This document shows, in pieces, positions 55,201 to 64,000 of a DNA stretch of 64,000 nt. Within the stretch, counting starts at the first letter, position 1; each line of letters starts with the position of its first letter. The notes beneath the pieces are model-generated. The model was not told where the DNA came from. It saw nothing but the letters and a program-made list of their open reading frames with translations, and did not search any database. The stretch spans positions 7,812,001 through 7,876,000 of the forward strand of contig CM102286.1 of NCBI GenBank assembly GCA_046563655.1, given 5' to 3'. A program made the translations under genes and the position numbers. Source of the DNA: Yuukianura sp. NJ FZ-2021. Lineage: Eukaryota.

Positions 55201-58200
55201 CCCTATAGCTCTACAAACCTTGCTTAAATGCATAAGGTCATTGACCTCCACTAGCTTTAACATTTTAAACATGCAGCACAATTATGATCAAACTGCTGAA
55301 TTGTGCAGTCGGAATCTATGATTTCAGCAAAATTGACTGTTTTAAGTTTGCTCAGTTGACACACGACGCCCAGAAGCAAAATTGTGTCATGCTTGATAAG
55401 CGTCCGAAAAAGTTAAGGTCGAAGTCAGCCAAAAGTTGTCATCAAAAAGAAATTGCTCTTTTTCTTGGATTATCATTGTCATGACGGTGAGTGGATTCTT
55501 GGATTCATGAGAATTAGGGACTTTGGTTCCAATCAAATTGTCACTTGAGATGGAACTGATGCTGGCCTCAAGAACGCGATGGACGACGCTACAGTCATAA
55601 TTCATAATTGCATCAAAGTATTTGAAGCTTCCTATGCTGCCTTCCATCAAAAAGAAAAGTGAAAGTGAGGCGTGATTTTTCCTGGAAGTGTCACCGTTAG
55701 GTATTAGTGGATCCATTCACTTTCAGGAAAAAGGAGACAGGAAAGCATCTTCTCCAGGACAAAATTTCCTTGATAATCTCTCTCTGATTTTGGAAAGCTG
55801 TCATGACCATAATGGAAGATTTATCGTCATTTCTCATAAGCGAACTTCTTCCTTTGGATATCCTACCTTGACACACAGGGAAAGTCCTGTCACTTTTTAA
55901 GGAACGCCAGAGACACTTTCTTCCATGTCTATCCTCATTTTCAAATCCAATTTAGTATTTCAAAATGGAGGTAACAAAGTCCCGCCAAACTCAAATCCGC
56001 CTGATCTCGTTTCATTAACTTACTCTACTTTTCACCAGAGTTCGCAAGTGTCGGGAAACCAATTTTTCATTCCGAATTTTCCGTGCTTGGCCCAGAAGGT
56101 TTTGTTTGCAGAATAGGATTTTTCGTTTAGGAGATGGACAGAGAGACAGGAAGGGCTTAGAGGCAAAAAGCTATCGATTTTTTGTGTTTCGTCCATTCGT
56201 TTCCAAAATCTCCCGCCGTGCCCGGAAGCCAAGCTTAAATCCACTTTTGCCATTAACTCTTTGTTTGGCAGTTCAACCATTTTTGGTTACTCGGGCTTTG
56301 AATCACGTCGTAACCTAGGAAAGCTACAAATCAAAGTATCGTCACTTCCTGAAACTTTTTTTTGGAGTCAGGTTTGGTCAACGGTACAAATTTAAGCCTA
56401 ATATTTCCATTCATAATTTCAAAATTTTTGAATTTTGAATTCTAAAATTCTAAAAATAGCTGCAAGCTAAAAAACAGAACTTCCTTCCTGTAAGCTCAAA
56501 GATCTTTAAGTAGCCTGTCATCGCTTGAAGGTATTTGATGTTTTCGTTACATCGGACAAATCCTGTTTTTGAAATGGCGATGCTCTGCCTTGAGGGGTCA
56601 CCGGTTGTTGAAAATTTCCGGACTGTTATGTACGGTAACTCCCGAACCTTCACTTTTCATGAAGCCTTTATACACCAAATTTCAATTGGAGTTATATAAC
56701 CTAACCTAGCTAGACAAGTTCAGAAGTGACTTTTTTCAAGAGTATGGTCCAGGTTAGCGTAGATCACCGTCCAAGAGCGACAAGTTATGGGTGCTGGGTG
56801 GTCGCCATGACCCGGGCAGGGCCAAGTGGGAACAGATGACTTCCAAGTTGATTTTCTCCCATGCCGGAGGAGGGTTTAATCGGATCGGAGGGAATAGATT
56901 TAAAAAGTGGATCCAAATCCGGTGCCTACAAAATGAAGAGTGAAAGTGGTTCCCTTTGATATTCCATTATGTTCAGAACACCAGAACAAGGACTGGGAAA
57001 GTTAAAGTAAGTCTTTCTGGACTAAAGGCGATTCCACGGACACTTTTCCTGGAAAGCTCTTCTGGAAGAAGAAGAGGGTGGTGGGATATTTTGATTGGGA
57101 AATTCTCCCTTTGTTCGTCCTATTCGAAAAAGTCCTTGGATAAGATCAGAAGTTGGACTTTCTCCATTGAAATCAATGCTTTCCTTGGAAGTAGAATTCC
57201 ATCGCATCTTTGACCTGCCTGAACTGGTCACTCTATCAACAAATGAAAGTGTTAGCAAAGGGGAAACAGTCCAGGAGGGATCCCTTGGGACACTGAATTC
57301 TATTCTCTCCAAGTCCATTCCTCTGGACAAAATGAATAGCACCTTCTAGCACTTATAAATTAAATTGAATTTAACCTACCCCATATGGCCACAACCCTAC
57401 CGAAAAAGTACTCACAGAGGTGATTTTGAAGCACTTGGCAATCTTGATCGTAGATTAAACAGTCAATACTGAGCGAAGTGTCGGCGGAGCGGTAGAGATG
57501 GAAAACATAGTGTTTGCCATCAGCAATCAAATCTTCAAGTTTAGTAACTCCATTACTGGAATGCTTTCTTAACAACTTTTACAACTTTTAAATAAAAGTT
57601 TACCATAAAATTTTAAATTAAATACACATTTTAAATAAAACGGGATTAAAACCACTTGGAAAAGGTTTCAAGATTTTCGAAATTTCGATTTCTCGGACAT
57701 TCCTTAGGGTAAGTACGATATCGCACTGTAGCGGATGAATCGCCAGTCCAGAAGATGAATCGAAGTACTTAGAATATAATGTAAATGTTAATCTTATGGG
57801 GAAAATGGGTTCTCCCCACGCATTTCCTATTCTGAACACGTTCAAGCGTAACACTCCAAAGTTCGGGCACTACGGAAAATGTATTTTAATCGATGTATTT
57901 TACATGCATCTTGCATAAAATGGAAGGGAGAGTACTGGGAACCTTTCGTAGAAGTCCAGAAGTGACCAGTATCCCCTCCTGTCCTTGGAATACTAATGGC
58001 CCCCTTGTACAGAAATATTCCAAAATTCAACTAGAATCCTAAACAGCACAAACGTTTTCATTTCCCGGGAAATTCAAAAAATCCTTCCGGCGAAAACCAT
58101 TTTACGTTCCCTACAACTTCTTTCGAAAAAGGGACAAGCGACAACTCGAAACGCACTTCTTCCATGTTTATCAAAAACTTTTTTTTAAATGTCAAACTTT

Positions 58201-61094
58201 TTTTTTTTTTTTGTTTTCCAGACAATGGCATCAACGGTGATCTTAGCGAAGAGGACGAGCGGTCAGGCAGTGAACTGTGTGAGGATGGGGACTCCATGGA
58301 CTCTGACCGAGTGGGGGCCCTTAATCTGGTCACTTCGAATGACCGCTTGTCACATGTCAACAATAACCCTGCGCATCCGCACATTCCCGCCAAAAACGGA
58401 GGTGACAAGGCCAATGGGCATGGACAACTTGGAACTCCACCGGGAATTCCGAATCCTGCCGTTCAAGCTGCAATTGCAGCGCAAGTGCAGCAGGTAATCC
58501 TGCATTCTGTTAATACAGTTAATCCTAATATGAATTAGACACTTGCCGTTAAGTACCTACTTAAGTTATCCAAATCTCGTAACGGTAAACATACCTACTA
58601 CTAATTCAATCAATGCAATGGTTTGAATAATCATAGTATTTGGTCAATACAATTACATGAATGTTGTTGACTTTCTTGTTATGCACATGCATATTGTCAT
58701 CTAGGATTTACATTCTTAGTTTTTTGCATAAAACCTAATGTAAGATTAGACCACACACGGTGATATAGTTAGCCATAGCTTCTGAGCCCAGAAGCAGGGA
58801 TTATGCGGAATGTAAATTAGTGAAAGACTACGGTGGTGGTCCGATAGGGTGGCAGCAATGACCGGCTTAAGGATGCGTTTTCGAACATTAGTCGAATTGC
58901 ATGAAAATAGCAATTTGCATCAACTATTAGATAACTTGAATTAAGGCTATTCTTTCCATTAGAAGAATCGAACTTTCCCTATTACACGGGGAACGACACT
59001 TTGTTAAGGTCAGTTAGTTGTGAGCAGTGCTTGTATGAATACGTTAGAATATTTTAGTCTCTGTCCAGCAGCACTCCAGAATATCGAAAAGAAGTAAATT
59101 AGCACAAATTAGCCTGGAAATTTGTAATTCTTGACAATTAGTTTGCTATTGCTCTAAATATACTTATTGAAAACAGAAGTGAGATTTAACTATTATTTGT
59201 AATTTTTGACATTTCCAGTTGATGAGCATTTCGACGAATCAGCACTTGTATCTCCTCCAGAATCAGTTGACCTCTCCAGGCGGCGTGTCAAGTCCGGAAT
59301 TTCAGGTAAGCGTAAAGTCAAACTAAAACGTCTATTGTAATAAGTTTGTAGTGTTGTGATTCGCGCCAATTTTTTGCTACGAATTAAAGTATATGCGCGT
59401 TGTTTCGTTGTTGACCTCTGCGCATGCGCAAGTTGTGGACTGTTGGAAAATGAAGGAATTTGAAATTAATGTTGAAATTATCAATTGCAGCAAGCGTTTG
59501 AGCAACTTCGCCAGCAACAGCAGCAATCGCTTCAGCTTCAACAAACGATTCAGCAATTAGTCATGTATCAGACTGCTAGCGGTGGAAATCCTGCACAACT
59601 TCCACCATCCCAATCACAATTCTACTTGCAAAATCAGGTGAGCAAGTATTACGCATACGTTTTAAATCTGCCAGGTTTGTTGCATGCACAACTCAGTTTC
59701 TGCTGAAGTAAATTAAACTAAGATGTTAATTATGTTTTAATTAATTACAATCTGTTTTTCACTAGGGTTTATTGCACTCAAGCCTCTTCTCGTCTGCTAA
59801 CTATGCCAACTTGGTCTCTCCTCCACGAAGGTCATCCAATTCCACTGGTCCACTGCCACAACAGTCACAGTCTCAGCAGGTTAGCAGATTCAACTGCAAT
59901 TACGCAATTTGTTATGAACTTTGACTAATTAATAACAAGGTTTTCTGTTTTTTCATCACAGGCTGCCCAAGCTGCTGCAGTGGTCCAGTCTCTTCAGCAG
60001 CATTTGGCAAAGAACAACTCCCAGCATCATCATCATCACCATCACGGTTCATCCCGTCATCACGCATCTTCTCAGCAGCAACACCAACATCCGCCCCAGC
60101 ATCACCATCACCAAATCCAACAAATACAATCACAAGCCAACACTACTGTTTCAGCATCCCCCTCCCCCACGTCTCCACCCCCGCAGACCCAAGTCACCCA
60201 CCATATCAAGTCATCCAGCACACCAAGGCTTATCGTCGACCAAGCCATTGATGAGACAACGGATCTAGAGGAGTTGGAACAATTTGCCAAAACGTTCAAA
60301 CAACGACGCATCAAGCTGGGTATGCTTACGGAATATTTTCATTTTACACTTTACAGTTACCAAACTAACATGAAATTACAATTTGTCGATACTCCAGGGT
60401 TCACCCAAGGAGACGTTGGACTGGCCATGGGGAAACTTTATGGAAATGACTTTTCTCAAACAACCATTTCTCGCTTTGAGGCTCTCAACCTCTCATTCAA
60501 GAATATGTGTAAACTGAAACCACTTCTGCAGAAATGGCTGGAAGATGCTGATAACTCACTCAATAATCCGAGCTCTCTGTCTAATCCGCATACTACACCT
60601 GAAGCCATTGGGCGCCGACGCAAGAAGCGGACTTCCATTGAAACCACAGTCCGTGTCGCCCTGGAACGAGCTTTTCTCCAAAACCCTAAGCCCACTTCCG
60701 AAGAAATCACGACGCTAGCTGATAGTTTGACAATGGAGAAGGAAGTAGTTCGAGTCTGGTTCTGCAATCGGTAAGTACTCTTAAAATTTTAGCAACCAGC
60801 TCTCCTTTGAGCTGCTTTTACACCAATGATCTTGTCGTTCGTCGATTCCTTAGTGACTGTTTTCTCTTTTGGAGTAGGCGACAAAAGGAGAAACGTATCA
60901 ACCCACCGTCGGGATCCCTCGGCAGTCCACCGTTGTGTAGCCCTGGACCGCACTCGAACAATATTCAGCAGCACATGTTTGGATCACCGCATGGTGTCCA
61001 TAATGGACCGTTGTCACTGGTCACGACGTCGTACAATTCCAATCCATCGACACCAAATTCCAATGGTCCCAATATCAGTATCAAACAAGAGTAA
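10193..61094 (+). CDS. nub: Class II POU-domain transcription factor nubbin/pdm (Oct-1/Oct-2 group), long isoform, about 832 aa
   Basis: Manual model join(10193-10284,17836-17903,25937-26659,49616-49663,58222-58493,59219-59305,59491-59637,59766-59879,59962-60319,60398-60770,60878-61094) = 2499 nt. All introns are GT-AG and phase-compatible, with no internal stop. POU-specific domain [39 protein letters not shown] and homeodomain [24 protein letters not shown]. The 3' exons are secure; linkage of the 5' exons is inferred. Confidence 0.85.
16573..16604. repeat. Perfect 16-bp tandem duplication GGTGCTGGAAGTATTT x2
   Basis: Read directly from the sequence. Confidence 0.85.
17836..17903 (+). CDS. 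nub: nub coding exon 2, 68 nt ([22 protein letters not shown])
   Basis: Acceptor ttctgttgattgcag, donor AAG|GTAAGC; phase 2 in and phase 1 out, exactly bridging exons 1 and 3. Confidence 0.7.
24472..25011. repeat. Cluster of degenerate TTAGG/CCTAA telomere-like motifs
   Basis: gttaggttaagg...ccctaacctaaccctaa, caacctaaccctaacc, aacctaaccttaacc, aaacctaacctag and ggttagggtagg within about 540 bp. Confidence 0.45.
25937..26659 (+). CDS. nub: nub coding exon 3, Ser/Asn/His low-complexity region
   Basis: Core of the 270-aa ORF 25906-26718; tandem acceptor ttcCAGCAG (25936/25939), donor GAG|GTAAAT at 26660, phase 1-1; composition typical of transcription-factor regulatory regions. Confidence 0.8.
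30493..30554. repeat. Near-tandem duplication of an AT-rich unit of about 28 bp (aatatttYatgaaaattaagttttttt)
   Basis: Two copies starting at 30493 and 30527. Confidence 0.7.
36413..37270 (-). CDS. Nested antisense multi-exon gene, uncharacterised protein of about 204 aa
   Basis: complement(join(36413-36765,36896-37057,37171-37270)). Start AAAATG, donors GTAAGT (37170) and GTGAGT (36895), acceptors ttaatag and ctccag, both junctions phase 1, 615 nt with no internal stop. A 5' UTR intron (37282-37356, GTGAGT...ttttag) lies upstream. The 3' end is uncertain. Confidence 0.72.
49616..49663 (+). CDS. nub: nub 48-nt microexon ([16 protein letters not shown])
   Basis: Long T tract ending tttacag, donor CAG|GTTGGT, symmetric phase 1-1 and stop-free in the nub frame. 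Confidence 0.65.
55235..55247. promoter_or_regulatory. Perfect IR-1 palindrome AGGTCA-T-TGACCT, candidate EcR/USP ecdysone response element
   Basis: Exact match to the idealised nuclear-receptor IR-1 element, in the nub intron upstream of the 3' exon cluster. Confidence 0.55.
58222..58493 (+). CDS. nub: nub coding exon ([16 protein letters not shown]...AAQVQQ)
   Basis: Poly-T acceptor ttttccag, donor CAG|GTAATC; phase 1-0. Confidence 0.88.
59219..59305 (+). CDS. nub: nub coding exon ([29 protein letters not shown])
   Basis: Acceptor atttccag, donor CAG|GTAAGC, 87 nt, phase 0-0. Confidence 0.85.
59419..59430. promoter_or_regulatory. NRF-1/Erect wing palindrome TGCGCATGCGCA
   Basis: Perfect consensus inside a 185-nt nub intron. 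Confidence 0.35.
59491..59637 (+). CDS. nub: nub Gln-rich coding exon
   Basis: Acceptor ttgcag, donor CAG|GTGAGC, 147 nt, phase 0-0. Confidence 0.88.
59766..59879 (+). CDS. nub: nub coding exon ([10 protein letters not shown]...QSQSQQ)
   Basis: Acceptor tttttcactag, donor CAG|GTTAGC, 114 nt, phase 0-0. Confidence 0.75.
59962..60319 (+). CDS. nub: nub exon: His/Gln tract and start of the POU-specific domain
   Basis: Acceptor tttcatcacag; ends ...RRIKL G|GTATGC. Confidence 0.95.
60398..60770 (+). CDS. nub: nub exon: POU-specific domain, linker and most of the homeodomain
   Basis: ctccag|GG TTC ACC CAA (GFTQGDVG) through WFCN CG|GTAAGT. Confidence 0.97.
60878..61094 (+). CDS. nub: nub terminal coding exon ([10 protein letters not shown]...SIKQE*)
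   Basis: Acceptor ctcttttggagtag completes WFCNRRQKEKR; stop TAA at 61092-61094 followed by TAG. Confidence 0.95.
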
Positions 61095-61170
61095 TAGTCA
61101 CGATCAAGGAAACTGGATGCTGCTAGAAAGTGGACAAAATGGGCGTGGTCAAGTAGTTAACTCAAATAAT

Positions 61171-61214
61171 AGTTCCTATTCAAATGAGATAAGGGGAAAA
61201 GAAATGAGTTCCTA
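61171..61214 (+). promoter_or_regulatory. Paired miR-276 8-mer seed sites in the nub 3' UTR
   Basis: AGTTCCTA at 61171-61178 and 61207-61214, complementary to the miR-276 seed AGGAACU. Confidence 0.5.
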
Positions 61215-62313
61215 TTAGGTGTTAGTACTTAATGATAATTTAGTAAGTGTTATAATGCTCATTGACTCTTTTTTCGATTTTAACACTTATGAAATTGTGG
61301 TTTCATATCGGTTTTAGAAAATTCCAAATCGAAAAACTTAACTCATAATGAAAGATTTAGAATTAACTTTTCCCCATTTCTAAATAATCTTGAAATGCAT
61401 ATCTTATGATGATGAAAATGAATTAATGCGCTGTTAATTCATTTTCAAATATTACAATCATTCCAAGAAGGTTATTCTAAAACTGTTTTCCTGGTACCAG
61501 AGGTTATACATTCCAATCTCCATTTTCTACGATATTATAACGGTAAACGTAAAAGTACAAGTTTCTTTTATTTAAGAATGAATGAATAACGGTTAAAAAT
61601 TGGAGTCACAAAAAGCAGTAACGTTTGAACGGAAGCATCTCTCCGATTTTGTTTTTAGATGAACTTTTTAAAAGTTCGTTGTACAAACCATTTTGTAACC
61701 TTTTGATTTAACTAATTTACACTTGTATTTAATTGACATTTGCTGCGCATCATGGATTCAGGGATTCATGACCCATTTAAGTCAATTTTCAGTTCCTGAT
61801 TAGGAAATCTAACAAATTAACAGCGATTTTAAATTAATTAACATTTCCCGGTGTATTGTTTCGGTACTTTTGCGCTGACAAGGTTAACTAGTAATTTATT
61901 TGTTCAAATTAGCACAAATTTGTTTTAGGTGTGAAAGTGGCAAAATTTCTGTATCACTTATACATTCATAGAAATTCTTGCTAGTTGAAAAGTTCAATAA
62001 CCTTTGACTTCAAAGAATGTCAGCGTCTTTTTTGTACATTTAGGTGGGATTAAGTCCGGATTTTGTGAATGTTTACAAATGGTGTAAAGGACTTGAGTAT
62101 GAGAGTTGATATTCAATTTACTTAAAAGAGTTGTTAAATGTACAGCTAATTTATAATTAGTTTGTATCCACTCATTTTAATTAAATGTAACTTCTATATA
62201 TTCAAGGTAGAAGTAATTTGTCAGTCAGTCGGATTCCATTCATGGAAGGAGTTTTTTGTTCTATTTTTACTAATGTGATATGTAGTCCGACTGATTGGAA
62301 AAGTAATGCACCA

Positions 62314-62442
62314 AATAAAGAAATTATCGTAATTTCCAGAAAAATTGCAACTTATTCACTTTTTTTTTAATTTTAGCAATAAAATCCAAAGTTCTCAAAC
62401 ATTGTATATTTTTGCGTAAAAAGATTCAGAAACTAAAATAAA
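62314..62442 (+). terminator. Candidate nub polyadenylation signals (AATAAA at 62314, 62378, 62437)
   Basis: First canonical + strand AATAAA hexamers I found after the nub stop; an ATTAAA lies at 62180. Confidence 0.4.
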
Positions 62443-62469
62443 TCTTTAAGATAGGCATTGAGCTTCCAT

Positions 62470-63393
62470 TTAATCTTTAAAATCTCTGGATTTGTGAAAT
62501 TTTTCCCTCACCGCTTGCTCCAAAATGACATGGATCTTCTTGCAACCCTCAATGGCTACCCGAATGACGTCGTCCAAGTAGAGTAAGTGCAGTAACTGGG
62601 ATTGTTCCAGGACAATGATTTGTGTATCCGACGGAAGGATTCCAACAGTAAGTTCTGGACACCCCGTTCCTCTCTCGAACGAATTGATATCAATCATTGC
62701 AATGGAATGACTCAAGGTCGCCGTACAGGCCACAACGTAATCCCGGATTGGAATTCCAGCATCAACAAGTGCCAAAGTCGTTGCATTTATGCCTGAAAAT
62801 AACAAATTCCCGTTTTAATTCATTTAAGTCCAGATAATACAATAAAACTTGGAAACAAGGATGTAAGTTATAAGAAAGTACATGCTGCGTAGCTGCCTCC
62901 GTCATCTTGTATCAACTCCACGTAAATGTCCACTTGGGATCCAGGAAACGTATCTTGTACAACGATGTTGTCAATTAAAGAGTTAAGGTTGGATGAAATT
63001 TCAATTGACTTCCGGTCGTTCTTCGTCGACTTCTTCCGCTCGTTTGACGCAAAGCAGGCAGAACTGTATTCACAGTTGATCGTCATTTTGTCTGGGTTGC
63101 CTTGCATTCGCTTCTGAGAATGTCGCACCTGATAACGATTTTAAAAGTACACCGTAATTTCATGGTCTAGTATAATCAAGTAGAGAATTTAATCCAAAAA
63201 ATAAAATAACCTCATGCGGACCATAAACTGCTGCCATCACTTTTGTATTGCCAATACTAAATGAAGCGCTTCCACTCGCTTGGGGATGAAAAATTCCCAT
63301 TTCACATTCAATTTTGCGAAGGTCCAAAGGTGCACGTCCATCAGCTCGTATCTCATGGTCCCAGAGGTCATCGAGATGTGTCCTTAAAGCCAT
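62470..63393 (-). CDS. EXOSC4: Exosome complex component RRP41 (RNase PH-like), 250 aa
   Basis: complement(join(62470-62792,62882-63128,63211-63393)) with introns of 89 and 82 nt (GT-AG). Motifs RADGR, GNTKVMAAVYGPHE, DRKSIE and SQVDIYVELIQDDGGSYAACINATTLALVDAGIP. Confidence 0.93.
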
Positions 63394-64000
63394 CGTTCGA
63401 TGTGGATATCTAAAAGTAAAGTAGATTTTTCCAGTAAATCTCATTAAATTACGATTTCACGCCCAGGAATTTGCATTAACCAGAAGCTGAAATACACTCG
63501 ACAGGATGTCATCTCATTCATTTTCTCATGCGATCACAAGACACTTTAGACTTCAGTGCTTGGTTTCTTTGGTCGGCGTCAGTCAAGCTGACACTACTGT
63601 CAACGTCAACTCAGGATACGTCTTTTCTAGATACGTGTCGACGTGTGATAAGTAGTTAACAATAACGCAAGAAATCCACGTTCAAGGCTCTCCATGATCA
63701 AAAAGTTTATATTAACCGGAGCTAAATCTTAAATTTTTAACAGTAATCGATTTTCGTTTGCCGATTCAACTACTACATTAAATCCCACTTCAGGGAAAGT
63801 AGAACACCTCGGGCGTTAGGTATTTTCGAATTTTGGAAATCAAATTTCCAATTCAAACAAAACAAAAAAAAAAAAAAAAAAAAAACCAGCGGACGCTACT
63901 ATAAAATTGTGCTGCTTTTATAATTGGGTTCTCAAAAACACCGGCGCGCGTATTTTGAACTTATCTTCCAAAACAAGAGAGAAAAACCAATCTGTACTTT

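Noticed and set aside
58058..58497. ORFs 58058-58414 (-) and 58189-58497 (+)
   Set aside because: They overlap the nub exon and run through the acceptor poly-T; shadow frames.
59912..61218. Overlapping ORFs 59912-60133, 60108-60314, 60456-60767, 60789-60974 (-) and 60826-61218 (+)
   Set aside because: Antisense or off-frame shadows of nub exons.
63864..63885. Poly-A run as a retroelement tail
   Set aside because: No element body or target-site duplication; more likely a promoter-proximal poly(dA:dT) tract.
1..64000. Tandem pdm2-like paralogue, transposase/RT ORFs, CRISPR arrays or prokaryotic operons
   Set aside because: Only one POU domain is present, and I saw no transposon-protein motifs, repeat-spacer arrays or operon structure.

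Overview
AT-rich eukaryotic (arthropod-type) genomic DNA with GT-AG introns; no prokaryotic elements, RNA genes or CRISPR arrays were recognised. About 51 kb is occupied by one + strand class II POU-domain gene (nubbin/pdm, Oct-1/2 orthology group). I reconstructed it by hand as 11 phase-compatible coding exons (10193-61094, about 832 aa), including a 68-nt exon and a 48-nt microexon that the ORF track misses. On the left is the 5' part of a minus-strand secreted berberine-bridge-enzyme-like FAD oxidase (1-791), a horizontal-transfer candidate. On the right is a convergent Rrp41/EXOSC4 exosome gene (62470-63393). Inside the largest nub intron is a spliced antisense orphan gene (about 36.4-37.5 kb), and a weaker second candidate lies at 57-58 kb. 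Regulatory signals include several IR-1 ecdysone-response-type palindromes (one perfect), octamer sites suggesting autoregulation, Ewg/NRF-1 palindromes, three miR-276 seed sites in the nub 3' UTR and dispersed TTAGG telomere-like motifs. All models are manual and were not tested against transcripts or databases.
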